Shown piece after piece: positions 10,407 through 17,012 of a stretch of DNA of 34,716 nt. The stretch comes from a virus (Duplodnaviria; Caudoviricetes), in the IMG/VR virus record IMGVR_UViG_3300020398_000009, positions 1 through 34,716 of that record; one strand, 5' to 3'. The notes below the pieces were generated by a model. It ran no database searches and was not told the DNA's origin. It was given only the letters and a program-made list of their open reading frames with translations. Position 1 is the stretch's first letter; each line of letters opens with the position of its first letter. The position numbers and the translations under genes were made by a program.

Positions 10407-11200
10407 GACGGGAGTCGTCCTCCAGGTAAAAATTCCAGCACCAACGGCGTCAGCCCCTGAAGCGGCGTAAACGTCAGCATCAACATCCCTCCCACAAAGT
10501 CCGGGGTCTGCGCGGTTCTGAGGAGACACTCAATGTAAATATCGTCCGGCGGCTCTTCATCCATCCAGATCCCGTGCTTCTTCGTGCCTTGAAACGCCTC
10601 CCGACGCTGGTCGTAGCTCTTAAGGCCTAACTCCGAAAGACACGGTGCCCCATGCACCTGCTCGACATGCTTCACCCACACCGTCTCAACCGCATCCGTC
10701 ACTCCCGGCTTGCGTGAGAAATGTTCAATCAGATGTCTCGGAATAAACCCGGAGCCAATCGCATTCATCGGCCCCAACAATTCAAGCTGGCCAATGTCAC
10801 GCACCGTCTTCGCCGTATCCCCAGCAGCCCAGAAAGACACCGGCTCCTCGAATTTGCGGCCCTGCCACCAGGAGGGATACAGGCCCGTCAGATGCGCGAC
10901 CGTTTCATACGCGCCCGCCTGTGTCTTGCCAATCCGGTTGGCCGCGATCATGAGACGCTCACGGGCATGGCTTTGAAAGAAGGCGCTGTGCTTCCGATAC
11001 AGCACACGGCACATCCCCACATGGTCGTCCACATCCGTGGAGTCCGGGTCACAGTCGGACGTGCAGTCAGGAAAATACCGCTCGAAACGCCCCTGCTGTC
11101 GCGTCTTCCGCGTCTCCGCAATCGCCGCCAGTGTGGCATCCGGCACCTCGTCCTGCGCCATAAGCCCTTCGTCTGCCGCTGTCATGTGTTCACCGGCCAT
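10403..11200 (-). CDS. terL: Terminase large subunit, N-terminal ATPase part
   Basis: Walker A AANRIGKT, KSYDQRREAFQG, Walker B GIWMDEEPP, coupling motif LTFTP; stops at LPGGRLPS. Confidence 0.9.
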   Translation of the reverse strand: MAGEHMTAADEGLMAQDEVPDATLAAIAETRKTRQQGRFERYFPDCTSDCDPDSTDVDDHVGMCRVLYRKHSAFFQSHARERLMIAANRIGKTQAGAYETVAHLTGLYPSWWQGRKFEEPVSFWAAGDTAKTVRDIGQLELLGPMNAIGSGFIPRHLIEHFSRKPGVTDAVETVWVKHVEQVHGAPCLSELGLKSYDQRREAFQGTKKHGIWMDEEPPDDIYIECLLRTAQTPDFVGGMLMLTFTPLQGLTPLVLEFLPGGRLPS

Positions 11201-11201
11201 C

Positions 11202-11384
11202 TCAGCCTTTCGGCTTCATCCCACGCAACGTCTTCGCCAGCCGCGCGCGTTGGCCCAGCTTGCCTCCCGCCTTCGCCGCACGATTCAACGTCTTCGCCGG
11301 GATCGTCTGCCCCGCCTTCACACCTAAACTCGTCCGCAACGCCCCAGGTTTCTTAATCGCGTCCTGAATCCATCGCTTAGCCAT
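11202..11384 (-). CDS. Small basic phage protein
   Basis: MAKRWIQDAIKKPGALR..LG...IPA..L..AAK..G..G.RARLA.TL resembles a recurrent family near terminases; RBS GGGAGG. Confidence 0.75.
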   Translation of the reverse strand: MAKRWIQDAIKKPGALRTSLGVKAGQTIPAKTLNRAAKAGGKLGQRARLAKTLRGMKPKG

Positions 11385-11403
11385 GCCCTTCCCCTCCCGT
11401 CTT

Positions 11404-11464
11404 AACCGTCAAAGTGTCAACCGCCCACCCCCAGTTTCATTCGGTGCTTGACGGTTTGACGCTT
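11404..11464. repeat. Inverted pairs of GTCAA-core repeats
   Basis: AACCGTCAA AGTGTCAA ... TTGACGGTT TGACGCTT, intergenic. Confidence 0.55.
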
Positions 11465-11494
11465 GTGTGACATCCCCCCCATAAAGCAATTAAC

Positions 11495-11704
11495 CTAACC
11501 TTCAACATCATCCCTAATTTGAACCTCGCCCGTCTTACTATTGACACATCTCAGCGCATACGTGGCCCGAATCGGATGAGTCAAAACCCTCTCGCATTCC
11601 CACGTTCCGTTGTCCTCTTCGATTCCTGTTGGGGCAGCAGGAGCACACCCAGAACACCCGTCTACCGGAAAGGCAATCGCTATCAATAACCACAAAACTC
11701 TCAT
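11495..11704 (-). CDS. Putative small exported/lipoprotein
   Basis: Hydrophobic N-terminus ending in GCSGC; second Cys pair downstream. Confidence 0.55.
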   Translation of the reverse strand: MRVLWLLIAIAFPVDGCSGCAPAAPTGIEEDNGTWECERVLTHPIRATYALRCVNSKTGEVQIRDDVEG

Positions 11705-11707
11705 GAC

Positions 11708-12022
11708 TCAGACGCCATGTAAATCTATCCAGTCCTTGAGCCTCACCACGACAACCGCGTCATCGTCTCGCTTGCCAGGCTCTTTCCAGACCACGACCCC
11801 CGTGGCTGAGCCAGTCTCGATAGACTGGTCATCAGCTTGCCCGGAAATCCCACGTAGCCACTCTCTGAGATACCCAGGCATCCGCTGCCGGAGCTTCAAC
11901 TGATACACAAACGGGCCTGCGTCGACGTCAACCCCGTCCCGCTCTCCCGTCACCGGGATACGTCGACCGCCAACCTTCCTCGCAATCCGTCGCTCAAATG
12001 CCTTCCACGACCTGTCAGCCAC
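11708..12022 (-). CDS. Holliday-junction resolvase-like PD-(D/E)xK nuclease
   Basis: GTG start after GAGGG: MADRSWKAFERRIAR..GGRR...DV...YQLKLR...VVVRLKDW. Confidence 0.65.
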   Translation of the reverse strand: MADRSWKAFERRIARKVGGRRIPVTGERDGVDVDAGPFVYQLKLRQRMPGYLREWLRGISGQADDQSIETGSATGVVVWKEPGKRDDDAVVVVRLKDWIDLHGV

Positions 12023-12614
12023 GATCACCCTCACTGCAGAATCCGACAATGACGACACGCCCATCGCGTGAGGATGTCCCCCAGCCGTCATGGGGATACC
12101 GGCTATGGAAGAGGTCTGCCGGATACACCGCCAGCCGGTTCCGCTGCATCGGCACCACCTGCTGTACGCGCCAGCGGGATTCGTCCATCGACTCCTCAGC
12201 CAGCAGCCGGTCGTGTTCAGCAGCAGTGCCGGAAAACCGGTCCCCCCATGTCTCGTGCGTGAAAAAGGCCGTCCCGTAGCACGTCCCGTTATCAGAGTCC
12301 TGCGGAGTATCCTGGCTATACCAGACCCACGCATGGCTCGCGCCCATCCCCTGGTCCGAATGAATCCGCACCCCACTGTCCACCGTCGCCGTGGAACATC
12401 GGGCGAAACTCAGACCGTGAGACGACACCGGCATCATCCGCTCCACTTCCGTGCGGAGCACCTGACGGATCAGCGTGGGAATCGCCGCGATATTGAACGT
12501 CCCGTCAATCACCGTAAACGACGCCTCGTCGCGCAGCCAGTCCACCACCGCGTCCGGGTCGTCAAAGATGTCGTCTCTCCAAACCGGTGTCTCACAAGCT
12601 CGTCTCTCAGACAT
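12015..12614 (-). CDS. 2OG-Fe(II) oxygenase-like protein (DUF6445-like)
   Basis: DDIFDDPD N-terminus, HSD (HxD), GTAFF.H, NRLAVYPADLFHS (distal His), conserved Arg in GRVV. Confidence 0.75.
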   Translation of the reverse strand: MSERRACETPVWRDDIFDDPDAVVDWLRDEASFTVIDGTFNIAAIPTLIRQVLRTEVERMMPVSSHGLSFARCSTATVDSGVRIHSDQGMGASHAWVWYSQDTPQDSDNGTCYGTAFFTHETWGDRFSGTAAEHDRLLAEESMDESRWRVQQVVPMQRNRLAVYPADLFHSRYPHDGWGTSSRDGRVVIVGFCSEGDRG

Positions 12615-12643
12615 TGAACGTGAAGATGGCTTTTATGAACTTG

Positions 12644-12841
12644 TCACTTCCGCTTCACAAACTCCACGAGTAACGCCATCAGCGCCACGCCCGCCAACGT
12701 CCCAGCCTCGCCGTTCAGGGCCACGTCGTAGGTCGTTGCCGTCAGTAACTGTAACAGCAGTAACGTCAGACAGACGACACAGACACGCGCTAATCCGATC
12801 AGCGACATCCAAACCGCTGGCGTGGGACGAGACTTCGCCAT
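12644..12841 (-). CDS. Small two-TM membrane protein
   Basis: Two hydrophobic stretches, basic C-terminus KRK. Confidence 0.55.
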   Translation of the reverse strand: MAKSRPTPAVWMSLIGLARVCVVCLTLLLLQLLTATTYDVALNGEAGTLAGVALMALLVEFVKRK

Positions 12842-12849
12842 CCGTCACC

Positions 12850-12963
12850 CTACTTCGTATACGCTGAGGCCGGTTTCGTGTAGGTGACCTTCTTGCCCGT
12901 CTTCTTCGCTGCCGCTTTGGCCTTGCTCACACTGCTAAACGTCTTGCGTCCGACTTTTGGCAT
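12850..12963 (-). CDS. 37-aa Lys-rich basic peptide
   Basis: Hand translation MPKVGRKTFSSVSKAKAAAKKTGKKVTYTKPASAYTK; RBS AAGGGAG; below the ORF-track cutoff. Confidence 0.65.
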   Translation of the reverse strand: MPKVGRKTFSSVSKAKAAAKKTGKKVTYTKPASAYTK

Positions 12964-12970
12964 CGTTGCT

Positions 12971-13130
12971 CCCTTCCCTTCACTTCAGTTCCCTTCTGTT
13001 CAGTTCCCTTCTGTTCAGGCGGAAGTTCCGGGAACTTCCGGGAACTTCCGGGAACTTCCGGGAACTTCCGGGAATTTCCCGTAATTTCCGGGAACTTCAC
13101 GTCATGGAACTGAATTTCCGGGAAAAATTG
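12971..13130. repeat. Iteron/origin-like tandem repeat array
   Basis: Eight 10-bp units at 13021-13100 (four exact GGAACTTCCG; the first two units form the palindrome GGAAGTTCC-G-GGAACTTCC). Also 15-bp TTCAGTTCCCTTCTG x2 at 12984-13013 and inverted GGAACTGAA at 13106-13114. Confidence 0.85.
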
Positions 13131-13249
13131 GCACGCTGGATTCGTCGTCATTCCCCTGTCCTGGCGGTTTTTCTGACACCCCTTCTGCATTGTAGTGACC
13201 CTGTCTCGCTTTCTGCAACTGTGGGAATCCGTGGACGTGGACTTTAGGA

Positions 13250-13310
13250 TGGGTCCTATAGGTATAGGGGGGTGCCTCGGGATCGAAAGATTGTTACGGG
13301 GGGGGTGGCA
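13250..13310. other. Candidate packaging (pac/terminus) region
   Basis: G-runs (GGGGGG, GGGGGGGG) and CCTATAGG palindrome immediately downstream of terS. Confidence 0.3.
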
Positions 13311-13329
13311 GCCCAGGAAGCGGTCACAG

Positions 13330-13953
13330 CTAGGCTGGATTCAGCGCCTTCTGACGACCCTGGCCCGTCACCTCGCGTTGCAGCTCACCGATGATAGTGT
13401 GGGCTGTCTCCAGCCGGTCGAGCTGCTCGTCGCTCATGCTCGCTATCACCTCTGGGGAGAAGGTGACGATATGTCCGTGTAAGTGCATGTGCGTCTCGCC
13501 GCCCTGAAGCATCCCCAGGTGCTTGGCGAGTAGAGATAGTGCAGACGTCCTGTCAGCAAGACGCACACTAGACAGTGCAGTCTGTCCGTCCCGGTCAGTG
13601 AGCGAGAAGGACGACAGGCTCGATGCCACGTCCTCTGGTAGGTCTTGTAATGGCCTGAGCTTACCCGTGTCAGGGTCGACAAGTTCCCTGACGTCAGCGA
13701 AGGCAAGCCGGCTCACGGCAGCAAGCACTGACTCTTGGGTGAGCGCCATTGCATCAGCTCGACGAGTCAGCAGACGCTTCAGCGCTCTCTGAACCCGAAC
13801 ATCAGCCAATAGCCGGGGACCCGCAGATTGACTACTCTCTGCGCTGCAATCTGGATACGCCCGTCGGTACGCAGACGAGGCATTGAAGTCAACGCAATAG
13901 GCGTCTATGAAGTCTTTTTGTCGCCCGTTCAGCGGCCGAAGAGGTGCGGTCAT
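13330..13953 (-). CDS. terS: Terminase small subunit
   Basis: LNGRQKDFIDAYCVDFNASSAYRRAY, RLLADVRVQ, RLAFAD, DRTSALSLLAKHLGM; TAATAT 6 nt upstream suggests leaderless mRNA. Confidence 0.88.
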   Translation of the reverse strand: MTAPLRPLNGRQKDFIDAYCVDFNASSAYRRAYPDCSAESSQSAGPRLLADVRVQRALKRLLTRRADAMALTQESVLAAVSRLAFADVRELVDPDTGKLRPLQDLPEDVASSLSSFSLTDRDGQTALSSVRLADRTSALSLLAKHLGMLQGGETHMHLHGHIVTFSPEVIASMSDEQLDRLETAHTIIGELQREVTGQGRQKALNPA

Positions 13954-14009
13954 GCGGGGATATTACACCGGTCCTGGTAGGCATCGTGCGTGCGGCATCT
14001 GGTTAGCAC

Positions 14010-14038
14010 TTGACACGGCTCACGGTGTGAGCTACGAT
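14010..14038 (+). promoter_or_regulatory. Sigma70-type early promoter with palindromic spacer
   Basis: TTGACA-N17-TACGAT; GCTCAC-ggt-GTGAGC in spacer; ATG 9 nt downstream without RBS. Confidence 0.7.
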
Positions 14039-14047
14039 ACCCAGCAC

Positions 14048-14224
14048 ATGACGACGACACCACTTATTGAGAATGTGAAGAAACGGGCACATGCGACGGC
14101 TGGAGACGACGAGCAGCTCGACTTCTACGCCGCTGCTCGCACGCTGGGATCGACAGAAGCAGACGCAGATTGGATCGACCAGCATCTGACGATCCGCCAG
14201 CTGCGCGCAGCTGGTGCAATCTGA
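14048..14224 (+). CDS. Hypothetical early protein (MTTTPL...)
   Basis: First ORF after promoter; N-terminus shared with 14719 ORF. Confidence 0.65.
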   Translation: MTTTPLIENVKKRAHATAGDDEQLDFYAAARTLGSTEADADWIDQHLTIRQLRAAGAI

Positions 14225-14256
14225 CGAGGAGGCCGCGCTCAGGAGGGCGCGAAGAC

Positions 14257-14637
14257 ATGATGAGTGACGATGGAACAGCACTGTCGGCGAGAAGAACTGC
14301 TATCACCCAAGCCGTCAAGGGGGAGGGTTGGACTCGCCGTAAGGCGATGGTGAGAGGCGGAGAATACCCGGTAAGCGACGTAGAGCGCACCGTCACCGTG
14401 AGCGCCGACGGGCGTTTCAGAATTTACCCATCTGGATCCATGCGTCGAGTGAAGAGTCACGGCTTTTACGGTCACGTATACAGAGGGTGGCGGTGGTCAG
14501 GCTACCGACTGATGGATCTGCATACAGAGTCACCCAGCTACCCCTTCCTGTGCAGGCAGGAGTCGGTAAAAGGGATCAAGGAAGCTATTGCAAGGTGGAG
14601 ATTGACTCAAGCGGCAGCGGAATTGGGCCGAATTTAG
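14257..14637 (+). CDS. Hypothetical early protein
   Basis: Strong RBS AGGAGG. Confidence 0.65.
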   Translation: MMSDDGTALSARRTAITQAVKGEGWTRRKAMVRGGEYPVSDVERTVTVSADGRFRIYPSGSMRRVKSHGFYGHVYRGWRWSGYRLMDLHTESPSYPFLCRQESVKGIKEAIARWRLTQAAAELGRI

Positions 14638-14687
14638 TGCTCGGTAGGAGCCTGGAGCGTTGCTCCAGGCTCCGGTCGGAGCACCTA
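14635..14687 (+). other. Long intergenic hairpin
   Basis: GGAGCCTGGAGC-gtt-GCTCCAGGCTCC core with outer TAGTGCTC/GAGCACCTA arms. Confidence 0.6.
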
Positions 14688-14718
14688 ACCAACACGCGCT
14701 CAAGGAGGGCGCGTAGAC

Positions 14719-15006
14719 ATGACGACGACACCACTTGGACACCAGAACCGCTATGAGGAGCTGTCTGACTCAGACAGGCACCTCATCGACCGGGCCTGTA
14801 ACTCGCTCGCGTCCGGCTACACAGTGCCGTTCGGCACTCCTATTGGCACTGACAACTGGTGCCGCCCAACGTTGACCTTACTTCGGCTACTGCTCGGAGA
14901 GACTCTTGAGTATGTTGTCGGAGAAACCGAGAAGACAGAGCATGAACGGCTCGTCTCCCTCTTAGGAAAGATCACGCTACGTCTCAATGCATTGGAGGAC
15001 ATCTGA
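14719..15006 (+). CDS. Hypothetical early protein (MTTTPL...)
   Basis: RBS AAGGAGG. Confidence 0.7.
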   Translation: MTTTPLGHQNRYEELSDSDRHLIDRACNSLASGYTVPFGTPIGTDNWCRPTLTLLRLLLGETLEYVVGETEKTEHERLVSLLGKITLRLNALEDI

Positions 15007-15179
15007 TGGTCGTCCGGGTGACGTACGCGATTGCAGTACTGGTCAGCGCAGGCTGTCTGGCCCTGGCGCTGATGCGCGCGGGGGACGGACATGCAGACAC
15101 TCTCACAACCGCACTCTGGATGGCTGGCGTGACTGGGACTATCTGTGCTCCAACTTGGATCATTTGTCGGAACACCTAA
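15006..15179 (+). CDS. 57-aa two-TM membrane protein
   Basis: TGATG coupling; hand translation MVVRVTYAIAVLVSAGCLALALMRAG...LWMAGVTGTICAPTWIICRNT. Confidence 0.55.
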   Translation: MVVRVTYAIAVLVSAGCLALALMRAGDGHADTLTTALWMAGVTGTICAPTWIICRNT

Positions 15180-15209
15180 CATCGCTCCAAAAACAGGAAA
15201 GGACGCAAC

Positions 15210-15458
15210 ATGGCTAGCACACACACAGCAACAATCACCCTGGAAAACGGCGTCACAGCCCTGCAAAGCTACGGCACGACCGTAGCGGCGCTCATCCCTG
15301 GACGTGGATGGGTGCGTACAGATCGGTACTTCTCTAGGACCACATCCAAGCACGCGAACGAATGGTTGCGTCAACACGGCCACCGAAACGGATCAGCCTA
15401 CGTGATCCCGCATGATGATCTGGTAAAGCTCACGTCGCCGATTTACTCAGCACGCTAG
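15210..15458 (+). CDS. Conserved-type small phage early protein
   Basis: SYGTTVA...YFSRTTSKHANEWL resembles a recurrent phage early-region family; RBS AAAGGA. Confidence 0.75.
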   Translation: MASTHTATITLENGVTALQSYGTTVAALIPGRGWVRTDRYFSRTTSKHANEWLRQHGHRNGSAYVIPHDDLVKLTSPIYSAR

Positions 15459-15525
15459 CCGGTCGCCAGTTTCAGCCCAGCAGCCCACGAACGGCTGCTG
15501 GGCTGTGTAGTGGCGATGATCGCTA
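15456..15525 (+). other. Long intergenic hairpin
   Basis: CAGCCCAGCAGCC-7nt-GGCTGCTGGGCTG core; outer TCGCCA/TGGCGA and TAGC/GCTA arms. Confidence 0.65.
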
Positions 15526-15546
15526 CTGTCCCCAGGAGGACGCAAC

Positions 15547-16167
15547 ATGGCGAGCACACACACAGCAACAATAGAAGTGAAGAAAGCACCGAAGAATTGG
15601 AAGCCGTTCCGGCTTCTCCGAGTCACGAAATGCAACGGCACATGCTGCTACGTCCAATGGTCGACGACTAGGGATGGACGGGCGGATCGACGATCGAGAA
15701 GGCCGGACGATCGGACGTGGGATGAGGCGCTGAAGATGCAAGGCCTGCACGCACAGTGGACTCAGCAGACGTCTCGATCCAAACGGACTGAGCGTAGAGT
15801 GCAGTCTATTCTGGACGACGTGAATGGCCGGTCGACACGGCATGTCTTCACGAGTCCAGACGAGATCCTACAGTGCATGGACATTGCCGAGTGCAGGCGA
15901 GTCACACTGAGCCTCACGAAGCGCGACTCGCTCGGTATGCGAGTGCGGTGTCACTCTGGCCTGAGCGTGTCGAAGAGCTATAAATACCAACGGACGGGAA
16001 CAGAGGTCGTCCTGATCTATCGTCGCTCCGGGTGGTACATCGAGGCTATCAAGTCAATTCAGCTATACCCGACGGAGGGCGGCCTGGTCGACCCGATCCT
16101 GACGCCAGGTCAGGCCAAGCTTGCACTGGACGCCTACCAGCGCACACAGTTCAGCCTGCAACAGTGA
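15547..16167 (+). CDS. Hypothetical early protein (MASTHTATI...)
   Basis: RBS AGGAGG; first 9 aa identical to 15210 ORF. Confidence 0.7.
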   Translation: MASTHTATIEVKKAPKNWKPFRLLRVTKCNGTCCYVQWSTTRDGRADRRSRRPDDRTWDEALKMQGLHAQWTQQTSRSKRTERRVQSILDDVNGRSTRHVFTSPDEILQCMDIAECRRVTLSLTKRDSLGMRVRCHSGLSVSKSYKYQRTGTEVVLIYRRSGWYIEAIKSIQLYPTEGGLVDPILTPGQAKLALDAYQRTQFSLQQ

Positions 16168-16192
16168 GCAACACTCAAAGGAGGACCACTAG

Positions 16193-16408
16193 ATGAGTAG
16201 TATTAAAAAAGCGGAGCTTGAACGCCAAGTGCGAATGCTGAATAACGTCACAGACGGCGACTACAGCCTCGACTGGGCGTATGGCGGCGTCAGAGTTGAA
16301 CGGGCGGGCGGTAGCGTGGACGTCACGGAGCGAGGGTCGAAGCGTGCCGTCCACGCCATGCTACGTGGGATGATCCATGTGGCCGTTTTGGAAAATCTGA
16401 ACCCCTAA
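16193..16408 (+). CDS. Hypothetical early protein
   Basis: RBS AAGGAGG; YSLDWAYGG motif. Confidence 0.7.
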   Translation: MSSIKKAELERQVRMLNNVTDGDYSLDWAYGGVRVERAGGSVDVTERGSKRAVHAMLRGMIHVAVLENLNP

Positions 16409-16441
16409 AACATCGATCCAATTCAAACAGGAGGGCGCGTC

Positions 16442-16675
16442 ATGACGAGACAAGCGGTTAAAACTGATCTTGTGACTGAGGATGGTGAGCGCATCTACGA
16501 CCTCGACCCGCTCGCTTCTGAATTGTGGGCGATTGCAGGCCCGGACGGCCTGGACCCAACCACGATCTGGCCTGATGATCTGCCGACGGGCTGCCGATGG
16601 CTGAGCGACGACGAATGGGCAGAGAGCGAGACAGACGCTAGTGCCGAAACCACCAAGCAGCACTGCACTGGTTGA
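16442..16675 (+). CDS. Acidic hypothetical protein
   Basis: RBS AGGAGG; D/E-rich. Confidence 0.65.
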   Translation: MTRQAVKTDLVTEDGERIYDLDPLASELWAIAGPDGLDPTTIWPDDLPTGCRWLSDDEWAESETDASAETTKQHCTG

Positions 16676-16710
16676 CAGTGATACTGTCATCGTGCTAAGC
16701 TACATTTACT
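16672..16710 (+). promoter_or_regulatory. Early promoter, copy 1
   Basis: TTGACA-N18-TAAGCT with extended TG; palindrome TGACAGT-gat-ACTGTCA; 29/35 identical to 27496-27530. Confidence 0.7.
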
Positions 16711-16729
16711 GTCTCGGGAGGGGCAGATC

Positions 16730-16939
16730 ATGAAACATCTAATGACACCGGAAGAATGCAAAGTTTGGACGTGGATCTCAGGACTCACCACCTCGAAAGA
16801 GCTACAGGACGCTACGACATACGTCGACGGACTGAGCGCACTCATCGCGAAGCGTCACGATGCGATCAGGAAGCGTCACGATGCGAGGAAGGAGAGACTC
16901 TTGAGTCTGTTGACCGTGCCCGAGAACTGCGACTTCTGA
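16730..16939 (+). CDS. Hypothetical protein
   Basis: RBS GGGAGG; internal tandem duplication KRHDA(IR)KRHDA. Confidence 0.6.
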   Translation: MKHLMTPEECKVWTWISGLTTSKELQDATTYVDGLSALIAKRHDAIRKRHDARKERLLSLLTVPENCDF

Positions 16940-16978
16940 CCGTAACTACGGAAACTTTGACCGTAGCTACGTAAACGT
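16937..16978. repeat. Tandem 21-bp repeat with internal palindromes (operator-like)
   Basis: TGACCGTAACTACGGAAACTT / TGACCGTAGCTACGTAAACGT, each containing CGTAnnTACG. Confidence 0.65.
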
Positions 16979-17012
16979 TGAGTCTTGATCATTCAGTCTC
17001 TAGGAGGGACTA

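Noticed and set aside
9629-10425. T4 gene 60-style ribosomal bypass between in-frame GGA codons of the terL halves
   Set aside because: The gap is about 780 nt, the take-off GGA is not adjacent to the stop, and both GGA runs are explained as RBS sequences
22-12617. Many plus-strand ORFs antisense to the structural genes
   Set aside because: Shadow ORFs of GC-rich coding DNA with no RBS or recognisable motifs
13021-13100. Tandem repeats as a CRISPR array
   Set aside because: 10-bp units with no spacers and no cas operon; the Cas4-like nuclease sits in an ordinary ERF/SSB recombination module
12927-13190. 87-aa ORF as a functional protein
   Set aside because: No RBS, mostly translated repeat, and overlaps a better-supported 37-aa ORF; treated as a DNA element or gene remnant
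14635-15525. Hairpins as integron attC sites
   Set aside because: The RYYYAAC-like ACCTAAC lies at the distal end rather than the start, there is no matching GTTRRRY, and no integron integrase is present
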